The notes under the pieces are model-generated. The model was given only the letters and a program-made list of their open reading frames with translations, searched no databases and was not told where the DNA came from. 32,000 bases of DNA from Candidatus Nanosynbacter sp. BB002 (GTDB taxonomy: Bacteria; Patescibacteriota; Saccharimonadia; Saccharimonadales; Saccharimonadaceae): positions 360,001 through 392,000 of the forward strand of contig NZ_CP146064.1 in assembly GCF_037013405.1 (NCBI RefSeq), read 5' to 3'. The position numbers and the translations under genes are program-made. Below, one piece after another: positions 17,365 through 24,293 of the stretch (position 1 is the stretch's first letter; every line of letters begins with the position of its first letter).

Positions 17365-17393
17365 ATTATAGCGGGTTTTATAATATTTCGCAA
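17365..17393 (-). promoter_or_regulatory. sigma70-like promoter for tuf (TTGCGA-17-TATAAT)
   Basis: -35 TTGCGA (17393..17388), 17-nt spacer, -10 TATAAT (17370..17365), about 75 nt upstream of the tuf ATG. Confidence 0.55.
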
Positions 17394-17464
17394 GGAAATC
17401 GTCTCTGATTTTACAAAATGTACCGTTCGGGAGGTTTAGGTGAATAGGATTAGCGTAAATAGCG

Positions 17465-19153
17465 TCACGAAACGTCCTGTTCAGTGCGTCGTGACAAGCC
17501 GATGATGTCGCGAGCGCGCACCAGATAGAACATATCATTTTCACGGTCGCCTATCATCAGCACTGGCTCACCAAAACTCAGCGGTAAGTCCGTAACGTTT
17601 TGGATGTTTCCATCTAGACTTGGCGGTTCATTTAGTTCTGGGTTCCACACCGTTAGACGATCCGCCCGCAAGGTAAATGGCTCAGCGCCCTTGTCGTCAC
17701 CGACTTCTTGCAACTGAACGTCGCTCCACGAAACAACGTTCAGCAGGTCGCTTGGCAAACAGCGATACGCCATGACTGTACACTCGCCATCAAAGTCATG
17801 CGGGTTGTCGATGAATCCCAGCACGCCATGTGCTTCATCATCATATTGCTTCAAGATCTCAAGCTGCTCTTCTAGAGAAAACTGATAGAACGCCTCCTCG
17901 AACACGCCTCCAGCGTCCTCAGCAATGTTATGTAACTCATCAACAGCAATCCTCAGATCTTCAGTGTCGGTGTCTAAACTCTCAAATCGTAACAACTTGT
18001 CACGACTAGGGATTACATAGACACTTCGCGACTGGCTATTTGAATAATCAAACACACCTACCTCAATCACCGCGTGAAAGGATTCGTCATATTTAACAAA
18101 TTTTGCCTCACTGACATATGCCCTATCACTGTCGACAAACTCAAGCTTCAAATTACCATCCGTACCACTTGGCGCCAACACAAAACCCGACAAGCTGACG
18201 GCATCAAGCTCACCAACATACGGCAATGCGTCGTTCAGCGTCTGGACATGTTCGCGCAGTGCATCCGGAAGATAAGCTTCCTCAGTGTATGAAAGATCAG
18301 TCGCCAGTTCCCACGCTAACTGCTGAAATTCCTCAGTAAAAACCGTCTCAAACAAGTCAGCGCCGTCCTCAATACCTTCCTCGTCAGTCGGCATGATATC
18401 CACTACGTCTTTCAGGTCGACCCGAAACAGCACTGACTGATCTTCTTTGTCAAACATTTCCAAGACCGGGCGATTGCCACGCCAGGTAAAGATTGGTAGG
18501 TCACCAAAGAGAACTTGCTTATCTGCCTCAACATCAACGCCATATTCATTCGCGCCAACTCGCCGAATGTATGCTTTACACTCCACTCGCACGCCAGTAC
18601 CATAGATCATTTCACTCAACATCGTGTTCAAATCACCTATCAGCTCCCTCTTGGACGCAGCATCTTGAATATCATTGAGCTCTACGACTTCTTCAGTCTT
18701 ATCGACATAGTGGCGCAGCTTGCGGATGTAACGTGGTACACCACTGGTATCGGGCAAGATCTCTGCTACCGCAATCGCTTGTCGGTCAATTGGGAAATAA
18801 TAGTCCATCGCCGTATCATTCTGCACCATACGCACACATAAAGCCGCCATCTCCTTGGTGTACGTAGCAAACGGCGCTGACTCATCAAGGTCAATCTCCA
18901 GCGACGTCACCACGTCCGCCACGCCCTCAACAGCCTGTAGACCGTGCGAACCGTCTTCAGCTTGGGCATAACCGATGACCCTCACCCGCTCGCCTTCAAT
19001 TTCGTCCGTGCGCATCACTCGCTCGATATCGCCCAATGCTATAGCCTCTTTATCACTACCAAGCTGTAGATTGGCCATGGCAATTTCTCGCCAATCGTCC
19101 GTCGACAATTGACCCAAGAGATTGACACTGGTCTCTACTTGTGGTGATTTCAT
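17465..19153 (-). CDS. hypothetical 562-aa strongly acidic cytoplasmic protein, no recognised domain
   Basis: Long uninterrupted ORF with no TM segment or signal peptide. By hand count the first 100 residues have about 20 D/E versus 8 K/R. It is divergent from glgB. Confidence 0.7.
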   Translation of the reverse strand: MKSPQVETSVNLLGQLSTDDWREIAMANLQLGSDKEAIALGDIERVMRTDEIEGERVRVIGYAQAEDGSHGLQAVEGVADVVTSLEIDLDESAPFATYTKEMAALCVRMVQNDTAMDYYFPIDRQAIAVAEILPDTSGVPRYIRKLRHYVDKTEEVVELNDIQDAASKRELIGDLNTMLSEMIYGTGVRVECKAYIRRVGANEYGVDVEADKQVLFGDLPIFTWRGNRPVLEMFDKEDQSVLFRVDLKDVVDIMPTDEEGIEDGADLFETVFTEEFQQLAWELATDLSYTEEAYLPDALREHVQTLNDALPYVGELDAVSLSGFVLAPSGTDGNLKLEFVDSDRAYVSEAKFVKYDESFHAVIEVGVFDYSNSQSRSVYVIPSRDKLLRFESLDTDTEDLRIAVDELHNIAEDAGGVFEEAFYQFSLEEQLEILKQYDDEAHGVLGFIDNPHDFDGECTVMAYRCLPSDLLNVVSWSDVQLQEVGDDKGAEPFTLRADRLTVWNPELNEPPSLDGNIQNVTDLPLSFGEPVLMIGDRENDMFYLVRARDIIGLSRRTEQDVS

Positions 19154-19212
19154 ATAGTTGTATCGTATACCTCTCCAGCCTAAACTTCAAGCATAATCAT
19201 CGCTCCATGCGG

Positions 19213-19218
19213 TATACT
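19213..19218 (+). promoter_or_regulatory. -10 box TATACT exactly 6 nt upstream of the glgB ATG (leaderless candidate)
   Basis: The sequence is gcggTATACTataaccATG. There is no SD. Confidence 0.4.
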
Positions 19219-19224
19219 ATAACC

Positions 19225-21192
19225 ATGAGCAAGAAAACCCTGGTTGAGCTTGATCCGTGGCTGGCGCCGCATGAACCCGTCATCAAGGCGCGCGAGGCGT
19301 ATATTTCGTCGACGCTGCGGAGGGTGCTGGATGGTAAATCGCCGGCAGATTTCGCACTAGGCTTTCATCATTTTGGATTACATCAGACGGCGGCGGGCTG
19401 GATGTTTCGTGAGTGGGCACCGAATGCTACGCGCATAGTGATGGTTGGCGATTTTTCTGACTGGCAGGAGCGCGAGGAGTTTGCCCTACAGCCTGGCACA
19501 CATGGTGAATGGAGTGTTGACTTGCCGGAGAACGCGCTGCATCACGGGCAGAAATATAAGCTGCGCGTCTATTGGCCGAACGGCGACGGCTGGCGCTTAC
19601 CATCATACGCCACCTACGTCATCCAAGACGATGATTCGGTGGATTTCTCGGCCGTCGTGTGGCAGCCGGATAAGCCATATCAGTGGCAGCATGACATTCC
19701 ACCTGCGCCAAACGTGCCGCTGATTTACGAAGCGCATGTCGGCATGAGCAGTGAGGAGGAAAAGGTTGCTAGCTTCAACGAATTTACCGCTAATATCCTG
19801 CCGCGCATCAAGCAAGCTGGCTATAACACCATCCAGCTAATGGCCATCGCCGAGCACCCGTACTACGGCAGCTTCGGCTATCATGTCAGCAACTTTTTCG
19901 CGGTGTCATCGCGCTTTGGCACGCCCGATGATTTTAAGCGGTTGGTTGATACGGCGCACGGATTGGGGCTGCGCGTCATTATTGACATAGTCTATGCCCA
20001 TGCCGCCAGAAATGAAGTCGAAGGCCTGGGTAATTTCGCAGGTGATCCGACGCAATACTTCAAAGCTCACGACCATCCAGCGTGGGATTCGCGGCTGTTT
20101 GATTATGGCAAACCGGAAGTACTGCACTTTCTCGCCAGCAATTGCCGCTGGTGGTTGGATGAGTACCGTGTTGACGGTTTTCGGTTTGATGGCGTGACCA
20201 GCATGCTATATCACGACCACGGTTTAGGAAAAAGCTTCACCAGTTATGATGATTATTTTGGCGACGATGTTGATAAGGACGCACTAGTCTATCTCAAACT
20301 GGCCAATGACGTCATTCACGCCGTTCGCCCCGATGCTACGACCATTGCCGAGGAAATGAGCGGGCTACCCGGGCTGGCGGCACCGGCTGAGCATGGCGGT
20401 TTGGGTTTTAATTATCGATTAGCAATGGGCGCGCCCGACCTCTGGATCAAAACGCTGAAGGAAAAGCGCGACGAAGATTGGGACTTGGGCGAGCTGGCAC
20501 ATACGCTAAGTTCGCATCGCCCAGAAGAAAAAGTCATCACTTACGCCGAGAGTCACGACCAGGCCTTGGTTGGCGACAAGACGCTGATTTTTCGACTGAT
20601 CGACAAAGCCATGTATTGGCATATGGATAAAGCCGACCCCGACCTAACCGTGGAACGTGGCATAGCCCTACACAAACTTATACGCCTGCTGACAGCTGGA
20701 CTGCACGGCGGCGGCTACCTCAACTTTATGGGTAATGAATTTGGGCATCCCGAGTGGATTGACTTTCCGCGTCAGGGTAATCATTGGTCGTTCAAACATG
20801 CTCGCAGACAATGGAGTTTACGCGACAATGGTTTTCTCAAGTACCAATGGCTGGGTGAGTTTGATGCGGCACTGATGAAGCTCATCCAAACCGTTGATGA
20901 CCCCGGCGTTCACTATCTGACCATTCGCCAACACGACCATGTGGTTAGTTTCATACGCGGCAATCTGCTATTTACCATGAATTTTTCACCCGACCAGTCG
21001 TGGACGGATTATGACGTGCCAGCAGCGGCTGGGTCATACCGAGTAGCCCTCAGCAGCGACGACCAGCAGTTTGGTGGTCACGGACGAATTCAGCAAGACC
21101 AGCAGTATTTTACCACACTAGGGGCGCATGGCGATAACATCCAGGTATATCTACCTGCGCGCAGCGGGCTGATTCTGCGCAGGGTTGACTAG
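19225..21192 (+). CDS. glgB: 1,4-alpha-glucan branching enzyme (GH13; start trimmed to MSKKTLVELD)
   Basis: GH13 regions are present: IDIVYAHA, VDGFRFDGVTSMLY, TIAEEMSG and YAESHDQALVGDKT. The ORF-track start at 19141 would overlap the divergent gene. Confidence 0.88.
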   Translation: MSKKTLVELDPWLAPHEPVIKAREAYISSTLRRVLDGKSPADFALGFHHFGLHQTAAGWMFREWAPNATRIVMVGDFSDWQEREEFALQPGTHGEWSVDLPENALHHGQKYKLRVYWPNGDGWRLPSYATYVIQDDDSVDFSAVVWQPDKPYQWQHDIPPAPNVPLIYEAHVGMSSEEEKVASFNEFTANILPRIKQAGYNTIQLMAIAEHPYYGSFGYHVSNFFAVSSRFGTPDDFKRLVDTAHGLGLRVIIDIVYAHAARNEVEGLGNFAGDPTQYFKAHDHPAWDSRLFDYGKPEVLHFLASNCRWWLDEYRVDGFRFDGVTSMLYHDHGLGKSFTSYDDYFGDDVDKDALVYLKLANDVIHAVRPDATTIAEEMSGLPGLAAPAEHGGLGFNYRLAMGAPDLWIKTLKEKRDEDWDLGELAHTLSSHRPEEKVITYAESHDQALVGDKTLIFRLIDKAMYWHMDKADPDLTVERGIALHKLIRLLTAGLHGGGYLNFMGNEFGHPEWIDFPRQGNHWSFKHARRQWSLRDNGFLKYQWLGEFDAALMKLIQTVDDPGVHYLTIRQHDHVVSFIRGNLLFTMNFSPDQSWTDYDVPAAAGSYRVALSSDDQQFGGHGRIQQDQQYFTTLGAHGDNIQVYLPARSGLILRRVD

Positions 21193-21226
21193 GGTTTGGC
21201 GGTTTGTTTGACCGTAAGCGGTATAC

Positions 21227-21255
21227 TTGACTTTTTTGCTGTAGTATGATATCAT
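21227..21255 (+). promoter_or_regulatory. promoter TTGACT-17-TGaTATCAT for the 85-aa membrane protein gene
   Basis: -35 TTGACT (21227..21232) and -10 TATCAT (21250..21255). The -35 lies within the 12-mer TTGACTTTTTTG, which recurs at 21728. Confidence 0.45.
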
Positions 21256-21347
21256 AAAAGTAGCTTTTCATTTGTCGTGAGGCGTTTGAAAAGAGTACTT
21301 GTCCAATTGCATCTTTTTTTCTGAGTTTTCGAGAGGAGGTGAAGAAG

Positions 21348-21605
21348 ATGTGGTTCTTGCTGGGGGCAGCGTTACTGGTCGTGGTGCTACTCATAGTAGT
21401 AGCGCTGTTGCGACGGATTGTACGTCGTAAGAGCACGTGGAATGCCACGCTGCTGGTCGTGGCCCTGTTGGCCATCGGGCAATATTGGGTTCTTCCGCTC
21501 AAGGGAAATGCCCATGAGCTACAAGGCGGTTTTGCCATTATGGCGGGGCTGAGCCTGTTTAGTGTCCTCACGTCATTTTCATGGGGATACAACCAGGGCA
21601 AGTAA
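21348..21605 (+). CDS. hypothetical small membrane protein (85 aa, about 3 TM)
   Basis: GGAGGTG lies 6 nt upstream of the ATG at 21348. The ORF-track GTG at 21339 sits inside this SD. The sequence is hydrophobic: WFLLGAALLVVVLLIVVALL... Confidence 0.55.
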   Translation: MWFLLGAALLVVVLLIVVALLRRIVRRKSTWNATLLVVALLAIGQYWVLPLKGNAHELQGGFAIMAGLSLFSVLTSFSWGYNQGK

Positions 21606-21612
21606 CAATCTT

Positions 21613-21720
21613 GCCCACCGAAAATAGTTCGCCGAATCGGCTCAACCTGATTGAGTGCCTCATAGCATTCTCGGGTTGACCACACCCGATTCAGCTTGAG
21701 CCAGTTCGGTGGGCTATTTT
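21613..21720 (+). terminator. large compound hairpin followed by T-run; complex terminator or small structured RNA
   Basis: A perfect 10-bp outer stem pairs GCCCACCGAA (21613..21622) with TTCGGTGGGC (21705..21714). A nested 7-bp stem pairs GGCTCAA (21639..21645) with TTGAGCC (21696..21702). An inner hairpin TCGGGT-N7-ACCCGA lies at 21671..21689. TATTTT follows. Confidence 0.4.
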
Positions 21721-21727
21721 CATGTCA

Positions 21728-21756
21728 TTGACTTTTTTGTAAATATGTGCTATATT
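21728..21756 (+). promoter_or_regulatory. promoter TTGACT-17-TGcTATATT for the leader and 71-aa membrane protein gene
   Basis: -35 TTGACT (21728..21733), 17-nt spacer ending in TGc, -10 TATATT (21751..21756). Confidence 0.5.
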
Positions 21757-21771
21757 ATAAGTTAGCCTGTT

Positions 21772-21854
21772 CAGTGCCTCTCATGAGGTCACTGACTGCA
21801 CTTCGCCGCCAAGCCAGATGCTTGGTGGCTTGAGGCGCGGAAAGGCCGCACCTC
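21772..21854 (+). promoter_or_regulatory. structured 5' leader (three tandem hairpins) with possible SD-sequestering alternative pairing
   Basis: Hairpin 1 is CAGTGCCTC..GAGGTCACTG (21772..21794). Hairpin 2 is GCCGCCAAGC-CAGAT-GCTTGGTGGC (21805..21829). Hairpin 3 is GAGGCGCGG-AAAGG-CCGCACCTC (21832..21854). Its 3' arm CACCUC can alternatively pair with the GGGGUG of the SD at about 21869..21875. Confidence 0.35.
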
Positions 21855-21879
21855 ATATTGATCCCGAGAGGGGGTGAGA

Positions 21880-22095
21880 ATGATGCCCATCTGGAGAATA
21901 CAGGCCAATACGATAGCCATTCTGGTTATCGCATTGGCCATCCCCGCAATCGCAGGGATGGCCGCCCAATTCAACCAGGACGTTCCGTCCTGGTTGAATA
22001 GCCCCGTTACAGGGGTGGTCACGCTCGTGGTGATCGGGGCCGCACTCGCGGTCCTGACCACCACCCTCTTCATCAAAGATGAGGAGGAAGAGTGA
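21880..22095 (+). CDS. hypothetical small membrane protein (71 aa, 2 TM, acidic C-terminus KDEEEE)
   Basis: GAGAGGGGG precedes the ATG at 21880. The two hydrophobic helices are IAILVIALAIPAIAGMAA and GVVTLVVIGAALAVLTTTLF. Confidence 0.5.
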   Translation: MMPIWRIQANTIAILVIALAIPAIAGMAAQFNQDVPSWLNSPVTGVVTLVVIGAALAVLTTTLFIKDEEEE

Positions 22096-22159
22096 GGTGT
22101 ATGCGCGCCAGCAGAGGCGCGCGTTAAGAAATGTCTGCAAAATCGCGGAAACACCGCGT

Positions 22160-22186
22160 CCCCACGCATGTCGTGGGGTTTTTCTT
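22160..22186 (+). terminator. intrinsic terminator after the 71-aa gene
   Basis: CCCCACG-CATGT-CGTGGGG followed by TTTTTCTT. It is preceded by two more GC-rich hairpins at 22103..22122 and 22144..22158. Confidence 0.7.
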
Positions 22187-22206
22187 GGCAAAAATTTGAT
22201 AAAGTT

Positions 22207-22215
22207 TGATACACT
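22207..22215 (+). promoter_or_regulatory. extended -10 TGaTACACT, 8 nt upstream of the thrE-like ATG (near-leaderless)
   Basis: The sequence is gttTGATACACTaattattgATG. There is no SD. Confidence 0.35.
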
Positions 22216-22223
22216 AATTATTG

Positions 22224-23627
22224 ATGAACAGGATAAATAAAAAAGTACCAGAAATCTTACTACAGTCACTCGGCAAAATTGCTCGCCTTCCCTTGCCAAT
22301 TCCTGCCCAAGTGATTGAGAAAATTGACGAGAGTTTGACGCCGAACATGCGCGCTTTGCGGTTGGTTCTGACCATCTCCGAAAAACTCCTCAGCATGGGT
22401 GTGTCGGCGCGAGACGTGGTGCATATGATGCTTGGCATCACCAAAACTTACTGTAAACAGCCAGTTCACATGGACATCAGCTCAACGCTCATTACGGTGT
22501 CGCAAGACCGCGGCATCAACCGTGAGCCACTGACCCTGATTCGCGCTATCACCTTAGTGGATGTCAATTATCAGACCATCCAAGCGCTGCAGACATTGTC
22601 CCGAGAAATCCGCTATCAGCACATTCACTTGAGCGAGGCTGAGGAACGGCTAGAAAAGATCATCAATCCTGAAAAACGTCATCCCCGATCTCTCGTCGCC
22701 CTATCAGGCGGTGCGTTGAGCGCTGGTGTGGTGGTGATGTATGGCGGTAGTTTACAGATGGCACTCCTGGCTATGGCGGTCGGCACACTCAGCACGGCTG
22801 CCATGCGTCTGTTGTGGCGTTTCGGCGTGTCGGTATTTTTCACACAGATCATCATGTCACTCTGTATCACACTCATCGCCACTGCTGTTGTCTGTGTCAA
22901 TACCAAGTTTAATTTGGCGTTTAACCCGACATTGATCGTGATCGGTGGAATCGTCCTGCTGGTGGCGGGCATGATGATCGTCGGTGCGTTTCAGGATGCA
23001 ATTGATGAATATTATGTTACAGCAAACGCCCGACTGTTGCGAGTGCTGATGGCAACCGGTGGTATCGTGGTTGGCGTAGCTATTGGCCTTCATATTGCCA
23101 CCAGATTGGGTATTAGTTTTCCAACCACCCCAGACCGTTTGACGTTGGTGGATAATTATACGCAGTACATCGGTGCGGCAGTCATCGCTTCAGCATTTGT
23201 CATTGGCAATCACGCGCCATTCTTTGGCACTATCTTGGCTGGCATCGTGGGAGCTAGCGGTTGGGGGCTATTTCAGCTGTTGACTGATGCCGGCTGGGAT
23301 GTATTACTGGCGAGCGGTGCAGCAGCTGCAGCCATCGGTTTGGTGGCAACCTTCATGTCCCGACTGTGGCGCATCCCGTCTTTGGCTATCATCGGCGCGG
23401 GTATCGTGCCGCTGGTCCCAGGTTTGTCATTGTACAACGGCTTGATGGGTATCATCAGTCAGGCGCCATCAGACCCAGGCTACGTTGTCGCTTTGGCCAG
23501 TTTGGCACGAGCTGTCATGATTGGATTTGCTGTTGCTGTAGGCGCGTCATTTGGTAATGCCATTGGTCGTCCCATTCGCAGTCAAATCAGGAAGCTTTTT
23601 GTTGGGATACCGACGACTGCAGAGTAG
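22224..23627 (+). CDS. ThrE-family (threonine/serine exporter-like, DUF1212 + DUF3815 type) membrane protein
   Basis: 467 aa, with a soluble N-terminal region followed by about 10 Gly/Ala-rich TM helices. The overall architecture is typical of fused ThrE proteins. The family call rests on pattern recognition only. Confidence 0.6.
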   Translation: MNRINKKVPEILLQSLGKIARLPLPIPAQVIEKIDESLTPNMRALRLVLTISEKLLSMGVSARDVVHMMLGITKTYCKQPVHMDISSTLITVSQDRGINREPLTLIRAITLVDVNYQTIQALQTLSREIRYQHIHLSEAEERLEKIINPEKRHPRSLVALSGGALSAGVVVMYGGSLQMALLAMAVGTLSTAAMRLLWRFGVSVFFTQIIMSLCITLIATAVVCVNTKFNLAFNPTLIVIGGIVLLVAGMMIVGAFQDAIDEYYVTANARLLRVLMATGGIVVGVAIGLHIATRLGISFPTTPDRLTLVDNYTQYIGAAVIASAFVIGNHAPFFGTILAGIVGASGWGLFQLLTDAGWDVLLASGAAAAAIGLVATFMSRLWRIPSLAIIGAGIVPLVPGLSLYNGLMGIISQAPSDPGYVVALASLARAVMIGFAVAVGASFGNAIGRPIRSQIRKLFVGIPTTAE

Positions 23628-24240
23628 CAGTTGACGCGTGAACAGCTTGCTGGGCGAATTTGCTAGTCAGATAGAACCATAACGCCCCAAGTCCACCAGC
23701 AGCGGCCTCATAGACCACGAACGAAAATTCTCGGTGCACAAATCCTTGAACGCACGCCATGACGGCAGCTACTGACAGCCCTAGCATGATGCTTTTTTGC
23801 TGGCGTGTGAACAGACTGGTAGTGAACGGCAGCATGAAGGCATAAAATGCAAAGACGATGATGGACAGGCGTGAAAAGATATAGTGCAGCCCGTGTTGAG
23901 TGTCATTAGGGAATATGGCTATAGCCATGCCGCAAAAAGCTATGGTTCGCAGCGCCACCAAACTCAACCTGGCAGTAGCCACTGCCTCAGCCTGCTCCAA
24001 AATGTCAGACATCGACTCCGCCAGGCACCACATGATGACTGCCATCATGGCAATGGAAATATTGAATACAAATGAAGATAGCTCGCCGCGCTCACCCAGA
24101 GCACTGAAGCTCCAGTTTACCCATTGCGGCTCTGACGTTAAGAACGCCGACAGAGTGATCCCTGCCAAAAAAATCAGCGTCATCCAAACAGTCAACTTTG
24201 CGGGCGCAAGCTTCTGGGTTGACAGAATGAATGATTTCAT
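23587..24240 (-). CDS. hypothetical multi-pass membrane protein (217 aa)
   Basis: I count six hydrophobic segments. The ATG at 24240 lies 6 nt after TGgTATAAT with no SD. The 3' end overlaps the thrE-like gene by 41 nt. Confidence 0.6.
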   Translation of the reverse strand: MKSFILSTQKLAPAKLTVWMTLIFLAGITLSAFLTSEPQWVNWSFSALGERGELSSFVFNISIAMMAVIMWCLAESMSDILEQAEAVATARLSLVALRTIAFCGMAIAIFPNDTQHGLHYIFSRLSIIVFAFYAFMLPFTTSLFTRQQKSIMLGLSVAAVMACVQGFVHREFSFVVYEAAAGGLGALWFYLTSKFAQQAVHASTATLQSSVSQQKAS

Positions 24241-24246
24241 GAATAC

Positions 24247-24255
24247 ATTATACCA
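24247..24255 (-). promoter_or_regulatory. extended -10 TGgTATAAT exactly 6 nt upstream of the ATG at 24240 (leaderless candidate)
   Basis: The minus strand reads CATATGGTATAATGTATTCATG, immediately after the fusA terminator. Confidence 0.5.
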
Positions 24256-24259
24256 TATG

Positions 24260-24288
24260 AAAAGCCCCGGCTAGTGACCGGGGCTTTT
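24260..24288 (-). terminator. intrinsic terminator after fusA
   Basis: The minus strand reads AGCCCCGG-TCACTAG-CCGGGGCT followed by TTTTC. Confidence 0.75.
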
Positions 24289-24293
24289 GGTGA

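Noticed and set aside
17412-17422. Palindrome TACAAAATGTA upstream of the tuf promoter, resembling a BlaI/CopY-type box
   Set aside because: The spacer is 3 nt rather than the 2 nt of TACAnnTGTA. There is only one copy, about 20 nt upstream of the -35. An 8-bp A/T-rich palindrome is easily chance.
21110-21685. 191-aa minus-strand ORF spanning the glgB 3' end, a promoter region and the 85-aa gene
   Set aside because: It crosses an intergenic promoter and terminator region and lies antisense to better-supported genes. It has no SD and an odd composition.
21789-22299. Two overlapping minus-strand ORFs (141 and 148 aa)
   Set aside because: They lie antisense to the structured leader, the 71-aa gene and its terminators, and run through three hairpins. 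They have no SD or promoter.
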